Assembly: GCA_033764015.1 (NCBI GenBank)
Contig: JANRJK010000044.1
Span: 1 to 38,695, forward strand
Length of the DNA: 38,695 bases
Reading direction: 5' to 3'
DNA from: Candidatus Sumerlaeia bacterium
Lineage (GTDB): Bacteria; Sumerlaeota; Sumerlaeia; SLMS01; JANRJK01
Both the position numbers and the translations under genes were made by a program. This document shows, piece by piece, positions 1 through 8,060 of this stretch (position 1 is its first letter; every line of letters begins with the position of its first letter). The notes beneath the pieces are model-generated. The model was not told the DNA's origin, made no database searches, and saw only the letters and a program-made list of their open reading frames with translations.

Positions 1-821
1 GGCCGGGGCTCCGCCTCCCGGGCCGCGGCGGCGGGGGCGCCCGGGGCCGGGGCCGCCGGGACCGCGGCGGCGGGCTCGGGCAGCGAGACCTCCGGGAGGC
101 GCTGGCGCAGCTCGGTCCCGAAGGCGTGGAACGCCGACGCGCCCGCGGAGGCGGGGGCGGAATCCACCAGCGCGAGGCCGTCGGCGAAGCTCTGGCGCAC
201 TTCCGCGAGCGCGGGCACCGCGGCCCGCAGGCAGAGCTGCGGGTAGGCGCGCGCCAGGAACTCCCAGGACTCCTGCGCCCGTGCGGCGCCGGTCGCCTGC
301 CCGGGGGCGACGGTCTCGACGCGGAGGAAGCCGAGCAGCTCGAGCTGCGTGTTCTCGAACTGGGCGTCCAGCACCGCCTGGAGGGTCTCCGGCAGGTGCT
401 CGTAGGCCGCGCCGTTGCCCTGCACCGGCACCACCACGCGGCGCGCCAGCGAGAGCACCGCGTCCAGCGCGGCGTCGCGCTTCGAGGGCGTGTCGAACAC
501 GAGCCAGTCGAACTGCTCCTCGAGCTTGCGGAGCGTCTCGACCTGCTGGAAGCGCTGCGCCTCGTCGCACAGCATGCGGTGGGCGCGGCACAGGATCGTG
601 AGCCCCTCGACGTTCGTGGGGCGCATGACCATGCGCCCGTTGCGGTCGAGCACCACGCCGGTGTCGGCGAGGCCGCGGAAGTTCGAGAGGTCCTCCTTGG
701 GCGACGCGTCGACGAGGAGGACGGACTGCCCGCCCTTGGCGAGGAGGGCGGCGGTGTTGAGGGCGCAGACGGACTTGCCGGAGCCGCGCGCGAGGCTCGC
801 GAAGGCGAGGCTTCCGCTCAT
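1..821 (-). CDS. ParA/MinD-family P-loop ATPase-like protein (degenerate motifs); 3' end runs off the window
   Basis: Not in the ORF track; translated by hand from ATG 821: MSGSLAFASLARGSGKSVCALNTAALLAKGGQSVLLVDASP...QFDWLVFDTP...VVVPVQ, then a Pro/Ala tail with no stop before base 1. Shares an ATGA overlap with the kinase stop (818-821). Confidence 0.85.
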   Translation of the reverse strand, partial: MSGSLAFASLARGSGKSVCALNTAALLAKGGQSVLLVDASPKEDLSNFRGLADTGVVLDRNGRMVMRPTNVEGLTILCRAHRMLCDEAQRFQQVETLRKLEEQFDWLVFDTPSKRDAALDAVLSLARRVVVPVQGNGAAYEHLPETLQAVLDAQFENTQLELLGFLRVETVAPGQATGAARAQESWEFLARAYPQLCLRAAVPALAEVRQSFADGLALVDSAPASAGASAFHAFGTELRQRLPEVSLPEPAAAVPAAPAPGAPAAAAREAEPR

Positions 822-2929
822 GGGCGGTGGCTTTCCTCCGCCGCGGGGCGGCGGATCGCGAAGTGGGTGATGCGCTTGAGGATCTTGCGGTCGATGCAGA
901 GCACGTAGACGCCGGAGCGCGTCGCCTCGAGCGCGACGGGCTCGCCCTCGAGGGGGAAGGCGGTGTGGCCGCCGGCGGCGGGGTCCACCACGTGGAGGAC
1001 CCCTTCCTTGTCGACGCCCGCCACCCAGTCGCGGGTGCCCGCGACGAGGACCAGCGGGGCGGGGAGCGCGGCCTTCGCGCCGATGCCCTCGAAGCCGACG
1101 CGGAGCACCTCGGGGCCGCGCTTGCGCAGGACGGCCACCCATGAGCCGGCGCCGGAGCGGCACTTCGCGAGCGCCGTCACGGAGCCCGGGAGCCAGTGCG
1201 AGGCGGCGATGCCGCCGGCGGAGTCGAGGAAGTGGACCGCGCGGTCCTCGCTGGCGATGGTCGCGAGCATGAGGCGCCCGGCCGCGTCGAACGCGAGCGC
1301 GACGCGCCCGTCGCCCTCCGCCGCGCGCCCGCTCCAGAGCTGGCGGCCCTGCGCGTCGTGGCACGCCACCACGCGCCCGGAGCACGCCGCCACCGCACCG
1401 TCGAAGGGCGAGATCGCGATCGTCGAGACGTCGTCTTTGAGGAAGAACCCGGTGCTTTCGACGAGGCGGTTGCGGAGGAGGAAGACCTCGCGAGAGCGGA
1501 CCAGCGGCACCATGCCGGAAGCCTCGGCGCCGACGCAGTCGAGGGCTCCTTCGAACAGCGTCGCGCCGAGGGTGCCGCCGGGATCGAGTTCGCGGATGCC
1601 CTTGGCGGTGACGCAGACCGGCGAGCGCCCGTCGTCGAGGTCCACCAGGCCGAGCGTCTTGCTGTCGACCACGCGGGACCAGGAGCGCTCGACATGGAGG
1701 GCCCCCGCGTCGCCGGTCGCGCGGCGCGTGAGGTCCGCGAGCGACTTGGGGATGCTGATGCTCGCGGCGTCCGCGTCGTCGAATCCCTCCTCGACGAGCG
1801 ACTCGGCGTCGAGCTGGGCCGCGGCGGGCTGGCGGACGGGGGGCGGCGCGGTGGGCCTTACGGGGGCGGCGGGCGGGGCTTTCACGGGCACCGTCGAGTC
1901 GCTGTCGTCCTCGTCCCATCTCCGCGCGTTCGCCGTCAGGTCGACGGTGCGGTGCGGGGCGGGGGCGGGCGCCGCGGCGGGGCCGCCGCCGAACATTTCG
2001 GAGAACAGGGAGTCGGCGCTTCCGACCGCGGGGGCCGGGCGCGCGGCGGCCTGCTCGACGATGGTGGAGCGGGCCGATGCGAAGCCCGTGTCCATCGTCG
2101 CGAGCAGGTCGGAGATCTCGCGCTTCAGCGACGAGGCGTCGGGACGCTCGTCGGGATTCTTGGCGCAGAGGCGGTCCAGCAGGCCGCGGATCTCGGCGGG
2201 GATCTCCTCGCGGAGCGTGCCGAGCGGCTCGTTCAGGTGGCCGCGGAAGATCGCCGCGACGCTTCCCTCGAAGGGGACGGAGCCGGTGAGCATCTCGTAC
2301 CACATGATGCCGAGGGCGTAGACGTCGGACTTGAAGTCGTAGCGCTCGTAGAACTGCTCCGGCGCCATGTAGAAGGGGGAGCCGATGCTGGTGTAGGCGC
2401 CGCGCTGGGGGCCGAGGATCTTCGAGACGCCGAAGTCGCCGACCTTGTAGACGGTCTCGCCGTGCTCCTCGAAGAGGAGGATGTTCTCGGGCTTGAGGTC
2501 GCGGTGCAGGATGCTGGCGGCGTGGGCGTGCTCGACGCCGTCGGCGAGTTGCCAGAGCAGGTGGATCGATTCGCGGTAGGGGACCTTGCCGCCGCGTTCG
2601 AGGCGCGAGCGGAGGTTGCCGCCGTTGGCGTACTCGAAGACGAGGTCCGCGCCCTCCGCCTCGCCGGTGTACATGCCGAGGCAGCGGACGATCTGCGGAT
2701 GATCGAGGCGGAGCGTGAGCTTGAGTTCGTTGAAGAAGCGGCGGCGGTCGCCGGCCTTGATCTGGAAGTGCTTGATGGCGGCGCGCTCGCCCGTGCGCTT
2801 GTGGCGCGCCAGGTACACGAGCGCGTAGGCGCCATGGCCGATGAGGTCCTCGAGGGCGTAGTCGTTGAGAATCTCGCCGCGGACGGGCGAGGTGTGCGGA
2901 AGTCCCGCCCCCGCGGAGTCGGTCGCCAT
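818..2929 (-). CDS. Hanks-type Ser/Thr protein kinase with Pro/Ala linker and C-terminal probable beta-propeller (703 aa)
   Basis: Motifs IGHGAYALV, AAIK, HRDLKPEN, DFG and GSPFYMAPE are intact. Start reassigned to ATG 2929 (MATDSAG); the upstream part of the track ORF overlaps real genes. The C-terminus has repeated beta-strand-like units. Confidence 0.92.
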   Translation of the reverse strand: MATDSAGAGLPHTSPVRGEILNDYALEDLIGHGAYALVYLARHKRTGERAAIKHFQIKAGDRRRFFNELKLTLRLDHPQIVRCLGMYTGEAEGADLVFEYANGGNLRSRLERGGKVPYRESIHLLWQLADGVEHAHAASILHRDLKPENILLFEEHGETVYKVGDFGVSKILGPQRGAYTSIGSPFYMAPEQFYERYDFKSDVYALGIMWYEMLTGSVPFEGSVAAIFRGHLNEPLGTLREEIPAEIRGLLDRLCAKNPDERPDASSLKREISDLLATMDTGFASARSTIVEQAAARPAPAVGSADSLFSEMFGGGPAAAPAPAPHRTVDLTANARRWDEDDSDSTVPVKAPPAAPVRPTAPPPVRQPAAAQLDAESLVEEGFDDADAASISIPKSLADLTRRATGDAGALHVERSWSRVVDSKTLGLVDLDDGRSPVCVTAKGIRELDPGGTLGATLFEGALDCVGAEASGMVPLVRSREVFLLRNRLVESTGFFLKDDVSTIAISPFDGAVAACSGRVVACHDAQGRQLWSGRAAEGDGRVALAFDAAGRLMLATIASEDRAVHFLDSAGGIAASHWLPGSVTALAKCRSGAGSWVAVLRKRGPEVLRVGFEGIGAKAALPAPLVLVAGTRDWVAGVDKEGVLHVVDPAAGGHTAFPLEGEPVALEATRSGVYVLCIDRKILKRITHFAIRRPAAEESHRP

Positions 2930-2955
2930 GGCGCGCACCCCTTCCCCCGCGCCCC

Positions 2956-3621
2956 TCAGGCCGCCGCCGGCTTGACGGCGAGCACGTGCGCGAGGATGTC
3001 GGCGTGGGGCTTGCCGTCGTCCGCCATCCTGGCCGCGTCCTTCATGCGGTCCTTGTGCGCGAGGAGGAAGAGCGACGCCGGGGCGCCCTGCGCCGCCGCG
3101 GCGGTTTCGACGCACTCCAGGGGCTGGCCGGTGACCTCGGAGTAGAGCGCCTTGAGCACGCCCTCCAGCAGCACCTCGACGCGGGGCTCGGCGATGCCGA
3201 GCGCCTCCGTGAGCACCGGGTTGGCGACCTCGACCACGATCACGCCCGCGTTGAGGCGCGAGTAGTCCGGCGCGAGGCGCCCCCAACCGTGCGTCGCGAA
3301 GTTCTCGCGCAGGAGGGCGTCGAAGCGCGCCATGGGCATCTCGTCGAGCGACTGGCTGTAGAACTGGCCCGTTTCGCGGACGAAGCGCTGCGCGTACTTC
3401 GCGCCCCAGGACTCGCCGCAGCTCTTGAGGATCGCGCGCCAGGCGGGGCCGGCCTCGTGCTGCAGCGCGATGTAGAGGCCCCGGAGGAAGTGGCCGGAGA
3501 GGGAGCAGCACTTGGCCCCGAAGCGGTTTCGCATCACGCCGCCGCGGACATCGAGTTCGAAGTAGTCCGACGGCTCGAAGAGGTTCGGCACGAGGTGTTG
3601 GCGGAGCAGCGGTTCGTTCAT
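2956..3621 (-). CDS. V4R (4-vinyl reductase) domain protein (221 aa)
   Basis: CGESWG...THGWGRL...EGVLKALYSEVTGQPLECVET pattern of stand-alone V4R proteins; AAGGAG RBS upstream of the ATG. Confidence 0.85.
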   Translation of the reverse strand: MNEPLLRQHLVPNLFEPSDYFELDVRGGVMRNRFGAKCCSLSGHFLRGLYIALQHEAGPAWRAILKSCGESWGAKYAQRFVRETGQFYSQSLDEMPMARFDALLRENFATHGWGRLAPDYSRLNAGVIVVEVANPVLTEALGIAEPRVEVLLEGVLKALYSEVTGQPLECVETAAAAQGAPASLFLLAHKDRMKDAARMADDGKPHADILAHVLAVKPAAA

Positions 3622-3651
3622 GGTCGGGACTCCTTGGAGGGGCGTGGTGGA

Positions 3652-4149
3652 TCAGTCGAAGCCAAAGCTGCCGAAGAGGTTTTCGGCGGAAACGTTGTCG
3701 GGATCTGCGGCGCGGGCCGGAGCGGCGCCCGCGGCGGCCGGCGCGGTGGCCTGCGGGGCGGCGGCGCCGTCCCATGCGGCGATCGCGAAGAACTGCCGGA
3801 CCGAGTACTCGGCGATGCGGGCGTCGCCGCGCGGCTTCGCGGTTGCTGCGACGGCCGCCGCGGGCACGGGCGCGGCGACGGGCGGCGGCGCCACCGGCGC
3901 GGGGGTGCGCACCGCGCCATCCCAAGCCGCGGCTGCGAAGTACGCGCGCACCGGCTGCGCGAGGGCGGCCAGCGCCATGTCGCGCGCGGGGGCCACCGGC
4001 GCCCCGGACGGGTGCGTGTGGCGCCGGGCCGGGAGGGGCAGCGACGCCGGCACGGGCGCCGGAAGCGGGGGCGCCTTCACCTTCGGCGCCACGCCGGTCA
4101 CCCTTTCGAGGAGTTCGAGGATCAGTCCGATCTGCGGGTAGAGCGCCAT
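3652..4149 (-). CDS. Hypothetical Pro/Ala-rich protein with two F-x4-WDG repeats (165 aa)
   Basis: ATG 4149 (MALYPQIGL) fills the gap between the V4R genes. Repeats are PVRAYFAAAAWDGA and SVRQFFAIAAWDGA; the C-terminus is SAENLFGSFGFD. Confidence 0.75.
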   Translation of the reverse strand: MALYPQIGLILELLERVTGVAPKVKAPPLPAPVPASLPLPARRHTHPSGAPVAPARDMALAALAQPVRAYFAAAAWDGAVRTPAPVAPPPVAAPVPAAAVAATAKPRGDARIAEYSVRQFFAIAAWDGAAAPQATAPAAAGAAPARAADPDNVSAENLFGSFGFD

Positions 4150-4189
4150 CTTGCGCGGCCGCCTTTCTCTCGTGGGTTCCGTCGTTCCG

Positions 4190-4849
4190 TCAGCCGTCGG
4201 TGCGCGCCATGATCTCGCGGGCCGAGGCGCCCTCCTGGACCCAGAAAGAGGCCGCGTCGACGCGCTTCTGGCTGCCGACCAGGAACTTGCAGAAGTCCTC
4301 GCCCATGGCGTAGCACTGGATCTCGATGCCGGAGAGTTCGTGCTTGGAGAAGTAGGTGAAGACGCCGGCGAGCTGGCCCGCGTAGAAGTGGCAGACGGGC
4401 TTGCCGATGTTGCCGAGGGACTTCGCCACGGCGGAGTCGAACACATCGACGTAGATCAGGCCGTTCTTGCGCTGGCTGAAATCGACGCGCCAGCTCCCCC
4501 AGCCCTCCGAGTTGAGCGGCCACCACCAGGTCTCGAGCGCCAGTAGGATGTTCGCCTGCATCATCTTCGTGCGCCCGCCGAACTCGGCCTCGAAGCGCGG
4601 CTCGAACTCCTTCATGTCCTGCAGCGCCCACTCGTAGCCGGCGCGGTACATGATGAGCCCGGCGGCGTCGCCGACCTCCTCCTCCATGCCGGCCTGCAGG
4701 CCCGTCATGAAGTCCTCGGTCACGTGTAGCGTCCGTTCGCCGGTGCGCGTGCGGATCACACCGGACGCGGTGTCGCGCCGGTAGAAGTCCTCGTCGGCGT
4801 AGTAGGGGTGGAGCGTCTGGATGTTGCCGCCGGCGGAGAGGCTGATCAT
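4190..4849 (-). CDS. V4R domain protein (219 aa)
   Basis: WWWPLNSEGWGSW, FDSAVAKSLGNIGKPVCHFYAG and EIQCYAMGEDFCKF; the Cys/Glu/Cys/Cys V4R ligand set is present; strong GC3 codon bias. Confidence 0.92.
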   Translation of the reverse strand: MISLSAGGNIQTLHPYYADEDFYRRDTASGVIRTRTGERTLHVTEDFMTGLQAGMEEEVGDAAGLIMYRAGYEWALQDMKEFEPRFEAEFGGRTKMMQANILLALETWWWPLNSEGWGSWRVDFSQRKNGLIYVDVFDSAVAKSLGNIGKPVCHFYAGQLAGVFTYFSKHELSGIEIQCYAMGEDFCKFLVGSQKRVDAASFWVQEGASAREIMARTDG

Positions 4850-4903
4850 GCTGGGGTGTCCTCGTGTCTGGTGGTGTGCGGGTCGTGGGTCGGGGGTGGC
4901 GGT

Positions 4904-5386
4904 CTACTCGGCCGCGGCCGCGTCCTTGCGGAGCTTGTCCATGTCGACGTCGAGCTGCTTCAGCTCCATGATGCGGGAGCGGGTGATGATCTTCCCCTCG
5001 GTGATGAGGACGCGCATGTCGACGGGGTGGAGGATGTTGGTGGTGGCGCGCTGGCCGATGAGCGACTCGAGGTCGGCGGTCGCCTGGACGAAGACGCCGT
5101 CCGGGAGGATCACCTCGACGCCGTCGCCTAGGACGCGCGCCTGGCAAGTGAGGCGGGAGCGTTCGTCGGCGCCGGTGACGAGTCCGATGGTGCGCTTCTC
5201 GCGCGCGGTCATCGGCGTGAGCTTGTCCATGCCCGCGCCGATCCATACGTGGCACGTCGCGCAGAGGCCCTTGCCGCCGCACGCCATCGGCACCTTGAGC
5301 TCCTTGGCGAGGAGCGCGTCCAAGACGCGGTCGTTGGTCTTCACCATGACCGACTTACCAAGGGGCTTCAGCTCGACCGATTTCAT
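4904..5386 (-). CDS. 2Fe-2S ferredoxin with C-terminal extension (160 aa)
   Basis: CGGKGLCATCH...SRLTCQ (C36, C42, C45, C81); start ATG 5386 (MKSVELK) after GAGG. Confidence 0.92.
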   Translation of the reverse strand: MKSVELKPLGKSVMVKTNDRVLDALLAKELKVPMACGGKGLCATCHVWIGAGMDKLTPMTAREKRTIGLVTGADERSRLTCQARVLGDGVEVILPDGVFVQATADLESLIGQRATTNILHPVDMRVLITEGKIITRSRIMELKQLDVDMDKLRKDAAAAE

Positions 5387-5605
5387 ACGCGCCTCGCAGG
5401 GGGGTTGGGGGCACCACCCATGGGCAAGGCGCGAGCCAACGACGATCACCACTTAAATCCACTAGCATGAACATTGCACGATGATCCGTCGGGATCACGG
5501 CGGTGAAGCGCTCCGGGACCCTTTCGGCCCGAATCGCTTCGCCGGCCCGGATCGCTCCGCGGCCGCAACCGCGCCGGCGGCGCCGCGGCGGGGTTCCGAT
5601 TCCGG

Positions 5606-6709
5606 ATGACACGGCTTGGGCAAAGCGGCACCGTCGAGGCATTCTACGCAGTACCCGAGGCGAACGTGATCCATACCCCGCACGCGAACGCGACGCCGCG
5701 CCGGCTCGGCTACCGCATGCCCGCCTCGTGGCAGCGGACCGGCCCCACGTTCGTGTCATGGCCGTGCGGTCGGGAAGCTTGGGGCGAGCGCTGGCACGAG
5801 GTGCGGCAGGTCGCGGCCCGTATGGTGCGCGCGCTGCGCGAGCATGGCGAAGAGGTCCGCATCGCCACCTGCAAGATGGCCCCGGAGGACACGGTGGCCG
5901 CGGCGCTCCAGTTCGAGGGCGTGGATCCCGGGGCCGTCTCCTTCGTGCGCCTGCAGCGCGACACGGAGTGGCTGGCGGACATGGCGCCGGTGGTGCTCGA
6001 GCACCCGTCCGGCTCGCGCATCGCCTTGGACGGGCACTACAACGCTTGGGGGGAGAAGTACGCCCCTTGGCACACGGACGCCAAGGTGGCGGGCCAGCTC
6101 GCGCAGGCCTTCGGGCTGCCGCTGCTCGACGCGCCCTTCACGTTCGAACCGCCCTCCGTGGACACGGACGGCGACGGGCTGCTGCTCGCGACGGAATCCA
6201 CGCTGCTCGGCGACGACCGGAACCCGGACCTCGGGCGGGACGCCATCGAGGCGCTGCTGCTCGAGTGGCTGTGCGCGGAGCGCGTGCTGTGGCTGGCGGA
6301 CGGCATGCACGGGGACGACACGGACGGCCAGGTATCGAGCGTCGCGCGCTTCGCCGCGCCCGGCGTGGTCCTCGCCGCGGTCGAGCAGGAGGGGACGGAC
6401 CGCGACAACCGCCCGCTGCGCGAGAACCTGGCGCGGCTGCTCCGCGCCTACGACCGCGCGGGGAAGCGGGTCGAGATCGTGACGGTGCCGCTCCCCAGCT
6501 ACCGGCGTTTCGACGACCTGGCGCTGAGCTACCTGCGCTACCACGTCGGCGCGCGCTGCGTGCTGGTGCCGACCTACGGATGCCCGGAGGACGAGCAGGC
6601 GATAGCCTCGCTGCGGCCGCTCTTCCCGGACCGGGAGCTGGTGCCCGTGGACGCGCGCCCCTTGGCCGAGGCGCAGGCGGGGATCTCGTGCCTGTGCTGG
6701 CGCTGGTAG
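5606..6709 (+). CDS. Agmatine deiminase-family protein with altered active site
   Basis: GYRMPA, YNAWGEKY, DGDGLLLATES, RNP, DDTDG and a terminal GISC pattern match the agmatine deiminase fold. Start position is uncertain. Confidence 0.85.
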   Translation: MTRLGQSGTVEAFYAVPEANVIHTPHANATPRRLGYRMPASWQRTGPTFVSWPCGREAWGERWHEVRQVAARMVRALREHGEEVRIATCKMAPEDTVAAALQFEGVDPGAVSFVRLQRDTEWLADMAPVVLEHPSGSRIALDGHYNAWGEKYAPWHTDAKVAGQLAQAFGLPLLDAPFTFEPPSVDTDGDGLLLATESTLLGDDRNPDLGRDAIEALLLEWLCAERVLWLADGMHGDDTDGQVSSVARFAAPGVVLAAVEQEGTDRDNRPLRENLARLLRAYDRAGKRVEIVTVPLPSYRRFDDLALSYLRYHVGARCVLVPTYGCPEDEQAIASLRPLFPDRELVPVDARPLAEAQAGISCLCWRW

Positions 6710-6769
6710 GCGCACGCACGAACCGCACAGCGGAGGACGCCGTTGGACTTCATCGCGATGTTGTTGAGT

Positions 6770-6845
<76 letters not shown>

Positions 6846-6967
6846 TCGGTAGACTCCGGAGGCTGTTCGAAGGGGCGCCGCGGCTCAAGGAAAATCGCGC
6901 TGCGGCCCCGACGCCGCGTCGCGTTCCGGGAGCCTGGCCCGGGCGGGTCCGCACAGCGGCCGCCGCC

Positions 6968-8002
6968 GTGCTCGCCCTCGGGCTCTTCGACCCGGTGGCC
7001 GCGTTCGAGCCCGCCGAGGAGAAAGTCGCCTTTTCGTCCGGGGGCCTGACGTTCGAGTCGAGGCTCACCGTTCCGCCGGCGAGGGCGAACGGCTGGGGCG
7101 TGCTGCTGGTGGGCGGGGGCCTGGCGAACGACCTCGACTGGAGGATCCCGCCCGCGGTCGCGCTCGATCCGGCGGGTCCCGGCGATGCGGCGGTGCTTGC
7201 GGAGGCGCTCGCCGCGAAGGGCTTCCATGTGCTGCGCTGGAGCACGCTCGCGGTGGAGGATCCTATCCGCGACGCCTACCCGGAACGCGCCGCGCCTCGG
7301 ACGGAGGAGGAACTGCTCGCGCAAACCGCCGCGGCGATCGAGGCGCTGGCGCTGCGCGCGGGGATCGAGGGCCGGCGGGTGCTGCTGGTGGGCTACAGCC
7401 TCGGCGCGCGGCGGGGGATCCTCGCGGGGGCGGGCCACCCGCGGGTGCATGGCGTGTGCTGCCTTGCCGGCGCGGGGCTGGCGCGGCTGGCGGCGGACCG
7501 CGAGGGCGCCACCGAGCTCCGGGCGCGCGCGAAGGAGCTGCTGGCTGCGTCGGACGCGAACGGCGACGGGGTGCTGGACGGCGAAGAAGCCGCCGGCGCG
7601 GGCAACGGCCTCTCCGACCACGACGGCTTCCCGGGGCTGCGCGAGTGGGAGCTGGCGGCTTCGCTGGGGATCGCGCTCCGCAGCTCCGGCGCGTGGCGCG
7701 TCACGGATCCGGGGGCATGGCCGGAGGACCGCGTCGGCGAACTGGCCGAGGTGTTCTACATCGGAGGGGCGCACGACTGGCAGTCGCAGCAAGGGGCGCT
7801 ATTGCGCCACGCCGCGCCGGGCAAGGTCCGGCTCGCGTACGTGGATGGGCTCGGGCACACGCTGGGTGGCGAGGTGGATGGCAAGTTCGGCCGGATTTCG
7901 TCGGAGGTGGTGCAGCGGGTTTCGGAGTGGGCGCGGTCGGTCGCGGAGGAGGGCGCGGACCGGGAGCCGCCGGTTGAAGGCGGTCGCGGCGCCTCTCCTT
8001 GA
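6968..8002 (+). CDS. Alpha/beta-hydrolase with inserted EF-hand-like loop
   Basis: GYSLG nucleophile elbow, C-terminal GLGH, and DANGDGVLDGEE EF-hand motif. The track start overlaps the tRNA, so GTG 6968 is a tentative start. Confidence 0.75.
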   Translation: MLALGLFDPVAAFEPAEEKVAFSSGGLTFESRLTVPPARANGWGVLLVGGGLANDLDWRIPPAVALDPAGPGDAAVLAEALAAKGFHVLRWSTLAVEDPIRDAYPERAAPRTEEELLAQTAAAIEALALRAGIEGRRVLLVGYSLGARRGILAGAGHPRVHGVCCLAGAGLARLAADREGATELRARAKELLAASDANGDGVLDGEEAAGAGNGLSDHDGFPGLREWELAASLGIALRSSGAWRVTDPGAWPEDRVGELAEVFYIGGAHDWQSQQGALLRHAAPGKVRLAYVDGLGHTLGGEVDGKFGRISSEVVQRVSEWARSVAEEGADREPPVEGGRGASP

Positions 8003-8060
8003 CAGTCTTCGGCGCGAGGGTCTTTCACGGCAGTTACCCTCCGCGAAGGGGCGACCTTCC

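Noticed and set aside
126..908. 260-aa plus-strand ORF and similar long Arg/Ala/Gly-rich ORFs throughout (e.g. 1196-3145, 10844-12835, 14133-17270, 19328-21580)
   Set aside because: Antisense or shifted shadows of real genes; stop codons are rare in high-GC DNA and these frames show no motifs.
2930..3925. N-terminal extension making the kinase 1035 aa
   Set aside because: Overlaps the V4R and WDG genes in another frame and is low-complexity; ATG 2929 fits better.
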